From a virus (taxonomy: Duplodnaviria; Caudoviricetes), in the IMG/VR virus record IMGVR_UViG_3300048578_000406, positions 1-26,050 of that record: a DNA stretch of 26,050 nt; one strand, given 5' to 3'. The position numbers and the translations under genes were made by a program. The notes beneath the pieces were generated by a model. That model was not told the DNA's origin and made no database searches. It saw only the letters and a list, made by a program, of their open reading frames with translations. Shown in pieces: positions 16,185 to 24,523 of this stretch. Numbering within the stretch: position 1 is the first letter of the stretch; the number at the start of each line of letters is the position of its first letter.

Positions 16185-16549
16185 TGAAGCTGATCGAAAC
16201 AGGACAAGAAATTCAATACATCGACGTTGACGCGGATCGTGTGCCATGTGCGTTACAAGTAAAACTAAACGACAAGACCTATCGGCTGACCTTCGCATAT
16301 AACGAGGCGGCCGATTTTTTCACAGTCAACCTGGAAATCAGCGCCAGCGGCACTAATACGGTGCTTGTCAATGGTGAAGTGCTTCGATACGGGAAACCGC
16401 TATTTGAGGCCTACAACGACGACCGCTACCCGCTGCCGGTGATCTGCCCGTTATGCCTGACCGGCGACGACATCGACACCATCACCTACGGCAACTTCGG
16501 CACGAAGGTGCGCCTGTACCTGTTCGACCGACCGGGAGGTGACAGCTGA
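16184..16549 (+). CDS. Baseplate protein (plug-like)
   Basis: Y.LTFAYNE..DFFTVNL and LVNGEVLRYGKPLF pattern; coupled to flanking genes. Confidence 0.65.
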   Translation: MKLIETGQEIQYIDVDADRVPCALQVKLNDKTYRLTFAYNEAADFFTVNLEISASGTNTVLVNGEVLRYGKPLFEAYNDDRYPLPVICPLCLTGDDIDTITYGNFGTKVRLYLFDRPGGDS

Positions 16550-17397
16550 TGAAAATGTGGCTGCGTCAGGCGTCCCTGGTACTGGGGCAAAACAAATACA
16601 CCATCGACGGCCTGAACTTCGCCTTCAAAGTCATGTTTGAGGACCGGGCGAAGGTGTCGACGGCCACGTTGGAAGTGCATAACCTATCCCCTTCCACGCG
16701 GGCTTCAATGAAAAAAGGCGACACGGTGATCATCACAGCCGGGTACAAAGGCGACGTCGGCAGCATCTTCGTGGGGGCCATTGCGGACTATTCCCACACC
16801 GACGACGGCCTGGACATAATCACCAAGATCACGGCGGCCGACAGCCTGGAGGCGTGGCTGGGTGCAAGTATAAACAAGACTTATAAGGCTGGGATGTACG
16901 CTTCTGACATCATCGACGACTTGCTGAATATCTTCGGCGTTGAGGTGGGCATGGTCAAGCTGGCTATAAATAAGCACTACCCCGGATGCCGCGTCTGCCG
17001 AGGCAAACTGAAGGACGTGCTGACCGAGATCGTTGTCAGCGACTGCAAGTCCCGCCTGGTGATCCGCTGCGGGCAGATTATCATTAACCCGCCGAACGAA
17101 GGCATTAACAGCGGCTACGTCCTGTCGCCGCAAACTGGCCTTCTGAAAGCATCGTCGCAAAAGGAAAGCCAGACTGTAAACACCAAGACCACCGCGACGA
17201 CCAAGACCCGGAGCGAACAAACCGAGGACGACGGCACCATCCAGCGCTCCTGCCTCTTGAATTACCACATCGGCGTCGCCGACAAAATCGTGATCCAGGA
17301 CGGCAAGGTGAACGGAACTTTCCTGGTGCTGTCCGGGGTGCATGAAGGCTCCCGCGACGGCGACTGGAAAACGACCCTGGAGGTGAAACCCGCATGA
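16549..17397 (+). CDS. Baseplate hub protein
   Basis: NLS...R, ITAGYKGDVGSIFVG, LSPQTGLL and H.G...GDW.T.LE motifs of myovirus hub proteins. Confidence 0.75.
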   Translation: MKMWLRQASLVLGQNKYTIDGLNFAFKVMFEDRAKVSTATLEVHNLSPSTRASMKKGDTVIITAGYKGDVGSIFVGAIADYSHTDDGLDIITKITAADSLEAWLGASINKTYKAGMYASDIIDDLLNIFGVEVGMVKLAINKHYPGCRVCRGKLKDVLTEIVVSDCKSRLVIRCGQIIINPPNEGINSGYVLSPQTGLLKASSQKESQTVNTKTTATTKTRSEQTEDDGTIQRSCLLNYHIGVADKIVIQDGKVNGTFLVLSGVHEGSRDGDWKTTLEVKPA

Positions 17398-17966
17398 GTT
17401 TCAGTAGAAAGCAATCAGACCTGCGCGCTGCGCAGAGTGAAAAAGACCGGGCCGCCGTCCACGTGGCTATGCTGGTGAAGGTGCTGGCCTTCTACGCCGA
17501 CACCATGACCGTGGACGTGCAGCCCCTTAATAAAGAGAAGATCGACGGCCAGTATGCCAGTGCCGCCCCTCTCATGGGGCTGCGCGTCGCCTGCATGTGT
17601 GCCGGGGACTATGTGATCCGGCCATGGTATAAGCGTGGCGACATCGGCGTGGTGATCGTCATGGACACCGACACAGACGCCGCCCTGAAAACGGGTGCAG
17701 AAGCTGAGCCGAACACCGAACGAAATCACGCCCCGGAGGACGGCATATTTGTCGGTGGCGTTTGCCCAGCTGGGGCGGTTCCTGCCGGGCTTCCGGCCGA
17801 CGCCCTGGTGCTGGCAGCCGGTGGCACCTATATTGCCATACAACCCACCGGCGTAACCATCGTCGGGGACGTAACCATCGCCGGGAGTTTGACGGCTTCC
17901 GGCATTGATTTGACCACCCACATTCACGACGGCGACAGCGGCGGCGTGACATCCGGGCCGAGATAG
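17394..17966 (+). CDS. Baseplate central spike (gpV/gp138-like)
   Basis: TVDVQPL OB-fold, RP...GD.G, and C-terminal LTTHIH metal-binding HxH tip. Confidence 0.85.
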   Translation: MSFSRKQSDLRAAQSEKDRAAVHVAMLVKVLAFYADTMTVDVQPLNKEKIDGQYASAAPLMGLRVACMCAGDYVIRPWYKRGDIGVVIVMDTDTDAALKTGAEAEPNTERNHAPEDGIFVGGVCPAGAVPAGLPADALVLAAGGTYIAIQPTGVTIVGDVTIAGSLTASGIDLTTHIHDGDSGGVTSGPR

Positions 17967-17974
17967 GAGGACGC

Positions 17975-18328
17975 ATGGAAAATCTAACTTTGAAAATTGA
18001 CCCGGCTACGCACGACATTACCTTCGACGAAAATAACAGCATGGTGATGATTGGCGGCGCTGAAACTGTCGCTCAGTGCGTTCGGGTGACACTTGAATCC
18101 TTCCTGGGCGAGTGGTTCCTGGACACAGAACACGGCACCGACTATGAACAGATCGTCGGCGACGGTGAAGGCGACCCGGAAACCATCATCAGGGCCGCTG
18201 TTTTCCAGGAGGGGAATGTTCAATACATCGACGACCTGTCAGTCGCCAGGCAGGGCCGCGAGATAGCGGTCACTTTATCCGGGAGGCTTAAAGACGGGAC
18301 GCCGCTATATTTGGAGGTGACAGCATGA
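17975..18328 (+). CDS. Baseplate wedge protein (gp25/gp46-like)
   Basis: VAQCVRVTL..FLGEWFLDTEHG.DY motif. Confidence 0.8.
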   Translation: MENLTLKIDPATHDITFDENNSMVMIGGAETVAQCVRVTLESFLGEWFLDTEHGTDYEQIVGDGEGDPETIIRAAVFQEGNVQYIDDLSVARQGREIAVTLSGRLKDGTPLYLEVTA

Positions 18329-19512
18329 ACGAAAACTGGGGCCTCACAGAAAACGGCTTCCTGCGGCCGTCGTACAACGACCTGCTGGACGCCTTCGAGG
18401 TAAAGGCCAAGGAGTTGTTCGGTAGCACTGTGAACCTGACTGCGCGCAGTCCGTTGGGCATATTCCTACGCATTTTTGCCTGGTTTGCTTCGCTGGTGTG
18501 GCAGCTGGCCGAGGACATATACAACAGCGGCTTCATCGACACGGCTGCCGGGATCAGCCTGGCCCGCCTGGGCGTGTTTATAGGCATCCGAAAACTGGCC
18601 GCACAAAAAGCCACGGGCACGGTGACGATCACCGGCGATCCGGGCGCGCCCGTTTATGCCGGACTGCTATTGCAAGCCCATAACAACCAGCGCTTCGTCA
18701 CCATGGAGGACGCGGTGATTGCTGCAGACGGAACTGTGAATGTGCTGATCCAGGCATATGACGCCGGGAAGAATGGCAACGTGGAAGCCGGGACTATTGA
18801 TTCAGTGGTCACCCCGCTGTCAGTCATTACAAGCGTAACCAACACTACCGCCACCAGTGGTGGCCGGGACCGGGAAACTGATCAAGAATTCCGAGAACGG
18901 TATGCAAAGAGCGTTGATAAGCCGGGCGGCAGTAATACCGACAGCATACGGGCTGCCCTTCTGGAAGTGGACGGCGTGGCCGCTGCTGTCGTGTTTGAGA
19001 ATGAAAAGGACGAGGAGGACGAACTAGGACTACCGCCACACAGTGTTGAGGCTGTGGTTTATGGAGGATTTGACGCCACCATCGCCGCTGTGGTCCATCG
19101 CCACAAAGCGGCTGGCATTCAAACCTTTGGCACCAGCAACGCGCAGGTAGTGGACGCAAGCGGAACCGCCCGGACGATCTACTTCTCACGCCCGACTACC
19201 AAGAGCATCTATGTCAAGATCGACAACCTGGTGACTGGCGACGACTTCCCCGAAGATGGCGAGAATCAGATCACCCAGGCGGTGATCAACTTTATTGGCA
19301 GCGACACCAGCGGCATCATCAGCAACGGCCTGTCCATCGGCGTGAACGTCTATTATAACCAGCTGCTGGGCGAAATCCTAAAGGTGCCCGGCGTGGTTGA
19401 CTTTATACTGGGAGTCGGGACGGACGGCATCGATTATGCCGCTGCGAATATTATCATAGGTGTGCGGGAAAAGGCGGTGACGAGCGCCGCCAAGGTGGTG
19501 ATCAGCACATGA
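18325..19512 (+). CDS. Baseplate J-like protein
   Basis: WGLTENGF.RPSY, A.G.SL.RLG, GGRDRETDQEFRER and LPPHSVEAVVYGG motifs. Confidence 0.92.
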   Translation: MNENWGLTENGFLRPSYNDLLDAFEVKAKELFGSTVNLTARSPLGIFLRIFAWFASLVWQLAEDIYNSGFIDTAAGISLARLGVFIGIRKLAAQKATGTVTITGDPGAPVYAGLLLQAHNNQRFVTMEDAVIAADGTVNVLIQAYDAGKNGNVEAGTIDSVVTPLSVITSVTNTTATSGGRDRETDQEFRERYAKSVDKPGGSNTDSIRAALLEVDGVAAAVVFENEKDEEDELGLPPHSVEAVVYGGFDATIAAVVHRHKAAGIQTFGTSNAQVVDASGTARTIYFSRPTTKSIYVKIDNLVTGDDFPEDGENQITQAVINFIGSDTSGIISNGLSIGVNVYYNQLLGEILKVPGVVDFILGVGTDGIDYAAANIIIGVREKAVTSAAKVVIST

Positions 19513-20162
19513 TCGAGATACTGCAAAAGATGCTTGACCTCCTGACCAGCGCCTACAACAAGCGCCCGGACGGGATGATCGGCAAGCTGTTTTCCATCTT
19601 CGCCGAGGCCATCGCTGGGGTGATGAACACCCTGACCATCATCGGAGCCTGGCGTAATATCGACCAGGCCAGCGGCACCACCCTGGACCGCATAGGCAAC
19701 AACTTCGGCGTGGCGCGTGGCAACGCTTCGGACAACTTCTACCGGCTAATGATCAAAGTCAAGATCACAGCCATGCTGTCCGGGGGCGACATCGACACCG
19801 TGATCACAGCTGTGGCCGTGCTGCTTAATATCGAACCGTCCGATGTTGAACTGGTGGAGAACTACCCGGCAAAGGTGTGGTTGTACATCAACGAGGATGT
19901 GGTCGACCCGGAATATATAGAATATGCCCCGCTGACCGCCTCCATTATATTCCGCCTGATCGCAGCCGGGATCGGCAAGCGTATATTCCTGCGCTACCGC
20001 CACCAGGCCGACATCGGCGTCCGCATGGCAACCGGGACAGCTAAGGCCGACCAGTTAACCATAACACCAACACCGGCACGGGCGACAGGCGCTTCTGCCC
20101 TCTATGTCGCCAGCGCTGCGTGTGAAATAAGCCATTATACCATTAAACCAAAGGAGGAATGA
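19509..20162 (+). CDS. Baseplate protein (P2 I / DUF2612-like)
   Basis: IDQASGTTLDRIG...G..R...SD..YR..IK.K motif; follows baseplate J. Confidence 0.75.
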   Translation: MIEILQKMLDLLTSAYNKRPDGMIGKLFSIFAEAIAGVMNTLTIIGAWRNIDQASGTTLDRIGNNFGVARGNASDNFYRLMIKVKITAMLSGGDIDTVITAVAVLLNIEPSDVELVENYPAKVWLYINEDVVDPEYIEYAPLTASIIFRLIAAGIGKRIFLRYRHQADIGVRMATGTAKADQLTITPTPARATGASALYVASAACEISHYTIKPKEE

Positions 20163-20166
20163 CCAA

Positions 20167-22062
20167 ATGCCAATTATCATTGACGGAAGCTTTATTCCCG
20201 CAGCAGGGCGCAACCTGTTGAATTATCTAATAGGTGCAGACCTGCCACTGACAATCGAACGCGCAGCGGTGGGCAACGGCGCGCTTCCTGCTGACCCTGA
20301 CGCCATGACGGCCCTTGTGGCCGAGGTCATGGACGGCAGCTTCTCACAGTATGCAAACCCCGGAACCGGCGAGGCGAGGTTTACTGTTCAGGTGTCCAGT
20401 ATTGGCGTGGCCGTGGGCTTCAATGTTACCGAGGTGGGCATCTATGCCATGGACCCCCGAACTGAGACGGAAACACTGCTGGCCTATGTCCCGCTGCATG
20501 ACCACCCGCAATGGATCAGACCTGCCAGTGCAGCCATCAACAACGTGGCGACCTTTGATGTGATCGTTGCCGTGGGCGCGGTGGACGAGATCGCCATTAC
20601 CCTGGACCCTTCGTCTCTTGTATCCCGCCAGGACTTCGAGGAGTTGGAGGGCCGCGTGGAGGTTCTGGAAGGCGAAGAAAAGGTCAAACGGTACGGCGTC
20701 CGTTGGGCAAAATCATCCAGCAGCCCAATTGGTGAACGTATTCACGACGCTGCGGGCCTGGTGGCCGCAGCTGGTGTTGGTGCCACGCCTGTGATAAACG
20801 ACTTCGACAATATTTATCCGTGGGCAGGCCGGAGACGCTGCAACGGCTATTATAACGAGGACGGCAGTTTCACGGTGACTGCTTACAAGGGTGACGGTAA
20901 TTATGCCGAGGACGGAAGCAACGGCGAGGTGTGGGTTGAGACACCACTGTTCTACTACCGCGACGCCAGCGATGCTAATTATGAATACATGGAGGTGTCG
21001 ATGTACCCGATCCCCGACTTCCTGCCTGCACCCCATCATATCAATAAAGACGGCAGCCTGCGTCAGTATGCTTATACTGCTGCATACAAAATCGCCACTG
21101 TGGGCGGACTTCCGACATCACGCAGCGGCGTGTTCTCTGACCATAACAGCCTTAATGGCTTTATGGCCCTATGCGACAGCCTGGGCGAAGGGTACGTCGT
21201 TGAGACAGCAGCCGAGCGCTTCGAGGACAACATCCTGTTTTACGTAGAATTTGCCACCAAAGACGGCCAGTCCATAATGATGGGCGCGGCTAACATGCCA
21301 TACGCCGCCGATCACACCGCCCTTGTAGCCGAAGCGGCGACAAACAGGATCATCATCACGGACGCCCAGGCTGCGCTTTATCGCGTCGGGCAGACAATCT
21401 GCATCGGTACCGGCTTAGGCGAAATGTCGAAAGCCGCAAACAGGATCGTGACGTCAATATCCTCATATGCGGCCGGACAATCTGCGATCTACTTCGATGG
21501 TGCCCCCGTCGCCGTGGCTGTGGGCAACGTTGTGTGGTCAAGCGGCTGGAAAAACGGCAGCACGGACATGGTGGTTGCCTCCAGCGGTTCGCCCGTATCC
21601 AACAGCGAGGGGCGATACCCTTGTATTTATAGGGGCAAAGAGGACCCGTGGGGTAATGTTTGGACATGGCTGTCTGATCTTTTATTCACCCGCGATGGAG
21701 CTGATCCGGCATATGTTTATAAGGTCTATTTTCTGCCTGACGCCTCAAAGTATAACGCTGGCGCTGTTACTGCGGATTACGTGGAACTTGACGTCGACAT
21801 CCCAACCGCGAATGGCTATATTAAGGCATACAATGCCGACAAGAGGTATCCGTGGATCAAAATACCAAAAGACACAACTGGAGCATCAAACACCTATTTT
21901 TGTGACCACTTCTGGCTCCCTGCCTATGCGGTCACTGCTGCCCTTGTCGGCGGTGACTTGGGCTCTGGCGTCATCGCCGGCCCTGCGGCGCTGACCTCCG
22001 CCTCTGCCCCGTCGCCCGTGTCCTGGAACGTCCGCGCGCGCCTTTCTCATGTAACCGGATAA
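20167..22062 (+). CDS. Tail fibre / receptor-binding protein; DGR target with C-terminal CLec-like variable domain
   Basis: N-terminal baseplate-attachment domain (AVGNG, GFNVTEVGIYA.DP); C-terminal YRGKEDPWGNVWTW and ...VGG...G..AGP.......S....RARL, typical of DGR target domains; contains the VR. Confidence 0.88.
   Translation: MPIIIDGSFIPAAGRNLLNYLIGADLPLTIERAAVGNGALPADPDAMTALVAEVMDGSFSQYANPGTGEARFTVQVSSIGVAVGFNVTEVGIYAMDPRTETETLLAYVPLHDHPQWIRPASAAINNVATFDVIVAVGAVDEIAITLDPSSLVSRQDFEELEGRVEVLEGEEKVKRYGVRWAKSSSSPIGERIHDAAGLVAAAGVGATPVINDFDNIYPWAGRRRCNGYYNEDGSFTVTAYKGDGNYAEDGSNGEVWVETPLFYYRDASDANYEYMEVSMYPIPDFLPAPHHINKDGSLRQYAYTAAYKIATVGGLPTSRSGVFSDHNSLNGFMALCDSLGEGYVVETAAERFEDNILFYVEFATKDGQSIMMGAANMPYAADHTALVAEAATNRIIITDAQAALYRVGQTICIGTGLGEMSKAANRIVTSISSYAAGQSAIYFDGAPVAVAVGNVVWSSGWKNGSTDMVVASSGSPVSNSEGRYPCIYRGKEDPWGNVWTWLSDLLFTRDGADPAYVYKVYFLPDASKYNAGAVTADYVELDVDIPTANGYIKAYNADKRYPWIKIPKDTTGASNTYFCDHFWLPAYAVTAALVGGDLGSGVIAGPAALTSASAPSPVSWNVRARLSHVTG
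21936..22047 (+). repeat. DGR variable repeat (VR)
   Basis: 112 bp ungapped match to 22142-22253 with 18 mismatches, all opposite TR adenines. Confidence 0.97.
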
Positions 22063-22064
22063 AC

Positions 22065-22098
22065 GGGGGACCGGGGGCGGTCAGCCCCCCGCGTCTCC
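22065..22098 (+). promoter_or_regulatory. GC-rich hairpin/cruciform downstream of VR (DGR target-recognition element)
   Basis: GGGGGC-GGTCA-GCCCCC (22073-22089), extended by GGGGAC/GTCTCC, starting 3 nt after the target stop codon. Confidence 0.75.
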
Positions 22099-22141
22099 TT
22101 AATAGGGATGTGGTGCGCATCGTGCGTGGTGTCGGCCGTTG

Positions 22142-22253
22142 TGCTGCCCTTGTCGGCGGTAACTTGAACAATGGCGTCAACGACGGCCCTGCGGCGCTGA
22201 ACTCCAACAATGCCCCGTCGAACGTGAACTGGAACATCCGCGCGCGCCATTCT
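22142..22253 (+). ncRNA. DGR template repeat (TR)
   Basis: AAC/AAT-rich copy of the VR (10 AAY codons, 23 adenines) located between the target and RT genes. Confidence 0.95.
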
Positions 22254-22369
22254 TTAACTGACTTTTGCGCGCACCACACCCCTTGCCGCTTGGCAGAAAT
22301 ATGGTCGCTACGGTGGCGGTTAGTAGCAATATGCGAAAGCCGCCAAGACTTAAAGAAAGAGTGAAACCA

Positions 22370-23455
22370 ATGAAGCGGGAAGGAAATATTTACAATAAAA
22401 TGTGCGATCCCGATCTAATTCGGCAAGCCATCATAAACGCGTCTAAAAGGAAGCGCAAGCGCAAAAATGTGCAGCGTATACTATCAAACCTGGACGCAGC
22501 CGTAGAGGACATTAGGCAGATGTTAATTCATGGCACCTTTAAACCATCTCCGCCGCGTGTTTTTACTATCAAGGACGGCGTATCGCAGAAGGAACGTCTA
22601 ATCACGTGCCCCAGGTTCTACCCAGACCAGGTGATCCACTGGGTGATCATTCTGGCACTACAGCCGGTTTTTATGCGCGGCATGTATAAATACACCTGCG
22701 GCAGTGTCCCGGGCCGGGGCGTCCATTATGGTAAAGGCTATATTGAACGCTGGATGGAACACGACCGCAAGAACACGAAATACTGTTTAAAACTGGACAT
22801 CAAGAAGTTTTACCCCAGCATAAAGGCCACGGTGATGATGCGGGAACTGCGACGCATGATCAAATGCACTCGTACCCTGGAGATCATCGAGGCAATTCTT
22901 CTATCCACGGACGGCCTGCCTATTGGGTATTATACGTCGCAGTGGTTTGCAAACGCCGTGTTACAACGCCTGGACCACTATATAAAAGAGCAACTGCACA
23001 TCAAGTACTATGTCCGCTATATGGACGATATGGTGCTGATGGGCAGGAATAAGAAGGTGCTTCATAAAGCCCGGCAGGCCGTGGCCGAATTCCTGGAAGA
23101 AATGGGCCTGGCTTTAAAAAGCAACTGGCAAGTGTTTCCTATCGACAAGCGAGGTCTGGACTTCCTGGGCTTTCGCTTTTTTCGCGGTTACACCATCCTG
23201 CGCAAGCCCTTGGCACTGCGACTGCGACGACGGATAAAAAAGGCCTGGAGGCGCGGCAAAATCACACCGGCCGACGCAGCCGCTATTGTCAGCTACATGG
23301 GCTGGCTGAAACACGCCAACATGCAAGCGTATTTTGACCGCTATGTGCGGCCGTACATCAATATTAAAAAGCTAAAGGAGGTCATTAGACTTGAAAGCAA
23401 GAAGCACAGTAAAGCCGCCTTCGTATTCAATCGAGGCGCGACAGTCTGCGCGTGA
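22370..23455 (+). CDS. DGR reverse transcriptase
   Basis: MKREGNIY N-terminus, KERLI...YPDQVIH, LKLDIKKFYPSI, GLPIGYYTSQWFAN (DGR-type IG-x-x-x-SQ), YVRYMDD and LDFLGF; 361 aa, with no maturase or endonuclease domain. Confidence 0.96.
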   Translation: MKREGNIYNKMCDPDLIRQAIINASKRKRKRKNVQRILSNLDAAVEDIRQMLIHGTFKPSPPRVFTIKDGVSQKERLITCPRFYPDQVIHWVIILALQPVFMRGMYKYTCGSVPGRGVHYGKGYIERWMEHDRKNTKYCLKLDIKKFYPSIKATVMMRELRRMIKCTRTLEIIEAILLSTDGLPIGYYTSQWFANAVLQRLDHYIKEQLHIKYYVRYMDDMVLMGRNKKVLHKARQAVAEFLEEMGLALKSNWQVFPIDKRGLDFLGFRFFRGYTILRKPLALRLRRRIKKAWRRGKITPADAAAIVSYMGWLKHANMQAYFDRYVRPYINIKKLKEVIRLESKKHSKAAFVFNRGATVCA

Positions 23456-23897
23456 CGTGATCATGCGCGAGAATATCCCTGACGTGCCGGAGATAGACGC
23501 CGAGGGTGGCGAATACTTCGAGTATGACGAATATCGCCTGACAGTGCCGGATCGCCCTGGACTGGCTGAAAGCGTCGCAGCCGACGAGGCCACCTGGCTG
23601 ACAGCAGCAAAGGAAGCCGAACGCAAAGACCTGGCCGCAGCTGCCCGGTCACACCGCGAGAAACTTCTGGCCGAGACAGACTACCTGATGGCCGCAGACT
23701 ACCCCATCTCCGAGGAACACCGCGCGGCCGTGGCGGAATATCGCCAGGCCTTGCGTGACATCACTGCACAGGAAGGCTTCCCGTGGTCCTTTTCATGGCC
23801 GCAAAAGCCGGGCACTACCGTCGCTGGTGACACGCTGATCGGCATCGTGGAAGAAACCGCCGCTGCTGTGAATGTCCTGATAGGAGGTGACGAATAA
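23391..23897 (+). CDS. Tail fibre assembly chaperone
   Basis: TTG start after AAGGAGG; R..REKLLAETDY...ADYP...YRQALRDIT.QEGFP....WP.KP motif. Confidence 0.82.
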   Translation: MKARSTVKPPSYSIEARQSARDVIMRENIPDVPEIDAEGGEYFEYDEYRLTVPDRPGLAESVAADEATWLTAAKEAERKDLAAAARSHREKLLAETDYLMAADYPISEEHRAAVAEYRQALRDITAQEGFPWSFSWPQKPGTTVAGDTLIGIVEETAAAVNVLIGGDE

Positions 23898-24343
23898 TGC
23901 CGAGGTTTGACATGGAACGCGCGCGTTTAACGCGTAAGATACTGGAGGCAGGACGGGCCGCTTTTATAAAACAGGCGACGGACGGCGATCAGGGCGACGA
24001 GGCCATTGCCCTGATGGCTGACGTGTTCGATAGCCTGACGGGCAGCGGTAAGTTGATAAAGGCTGGAGAGATCAGACAAGTGGACGGCCGCATCTACCGG
24101 GCGCTGGTGGATTGCTACGACCTGCCGGATCACTCACCCGGCGTTGCCTTGGGCACTGTTTGGGCCGAGGTTACAATTGGGACAGGGGAAACCGGGACGC
24201 CGCTATGGTCAGCTGGCGTCGACTATGTTGTGGGGGATGAAGTAGAGGAGAACGGCATCGTCTACGTCTGCCTGCAGGCACACACCAGCCAGGCGGGCTG
24301 GAATCCGTCAGCAGTCCCGGCGTTATGGTCCGAGAAGGAATGA
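23897..24343 (+). CDS. Protein with C-terminal CBM5/12-like carbohydrate-binding module
   Basis: AGGAGGTGA RBS; WSAGVDYVVGDEV...G.VY.CLQAHTSQAGWNPSAVPALW, plus a degenerate copy upstream (GRIYRALVD...HSPGVALGTVW). Confidence 0.75.
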   Translation: MPRFDMERARLTRKILEAGRAAFIKQATDGDQGDEAIALMADVFDSLTGSGKLIKAGEIRQVDGRIYRALVDCYDLPDHSPGVALGTVWAEVTIGTGETGTPLWSAGVDYVVGDEVEENGIVYVCLQAHTSQAGWNPSAVPALWSEKE

Positions 24344-24504
24344 ATAGCCAGGAGGTCATAGAGCGCCTTTGTGACCTTGTGCAGATGCAAAGTGAAATCA
24401 TTAAACAACAGGCCGCAGCCATCGCTCAGCTGGGCGCGGTTACATCGGCCGATGCGCTGATCGAAGAAGCAGAACGGCAACGTGCTGCCGTGATCGGCGA
24501 CTAA
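24340..24504 (+). CDS. Small hypothetical coiled-coil protein (54 aa)
   Basis: ATGA overlap with the upstream stop; MNSQEVIERLCDLVQMQSEIIKQQAAAIAQLG... fills the gap before the lysin. Below the ORF-track cutoff. Confidence 0.6.
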   Translation: MNSQEVIERLCDLVQMQSEIIKQQAAAIAQLGAVTSADALIEEAERQRAAVIGD

Positions 24505-24523
24505 CCTATAAGGAGGCAATAGC

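Larger units (their letters stand above)
21936..23455 (+). mobile_element. Diversity-generating retroelement cassette (VR-hairpin-TR-RT)
   Basis: VR/TR pair with adenine-only differences, hairpin, and adjacent DGR-type RT. Confidence 0.95.

Noticed and set aside
21300-21450. Possible second VR or internal repeat in the fibre gene (GCCCTTGT; CAAACAGGATC twice)
   Set aside because: Matches are only about 8-11 nt and do not extend to the TR. No second target was found by eye, although a computational search of the full genome is still needed.
22110-22364. 84-aa ORF spanning the TR, considered as an Avd substitute
   Set aside because: It is the TR read in the VR-equivalent frame (Asn-rich because of AAC codons), has no well-spaced RBS and does not resemble Avd. 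It is most likely a shadow of the template RNA.
22370-23455. RT as a group II intron, retron or Abi RT
   Set aside because: No maturase or endonuclease domain and no intron or msr-msd context; the IG-x-x-x-SQ motif and adjacent A-specific TR/VR pair indicate a DGR.
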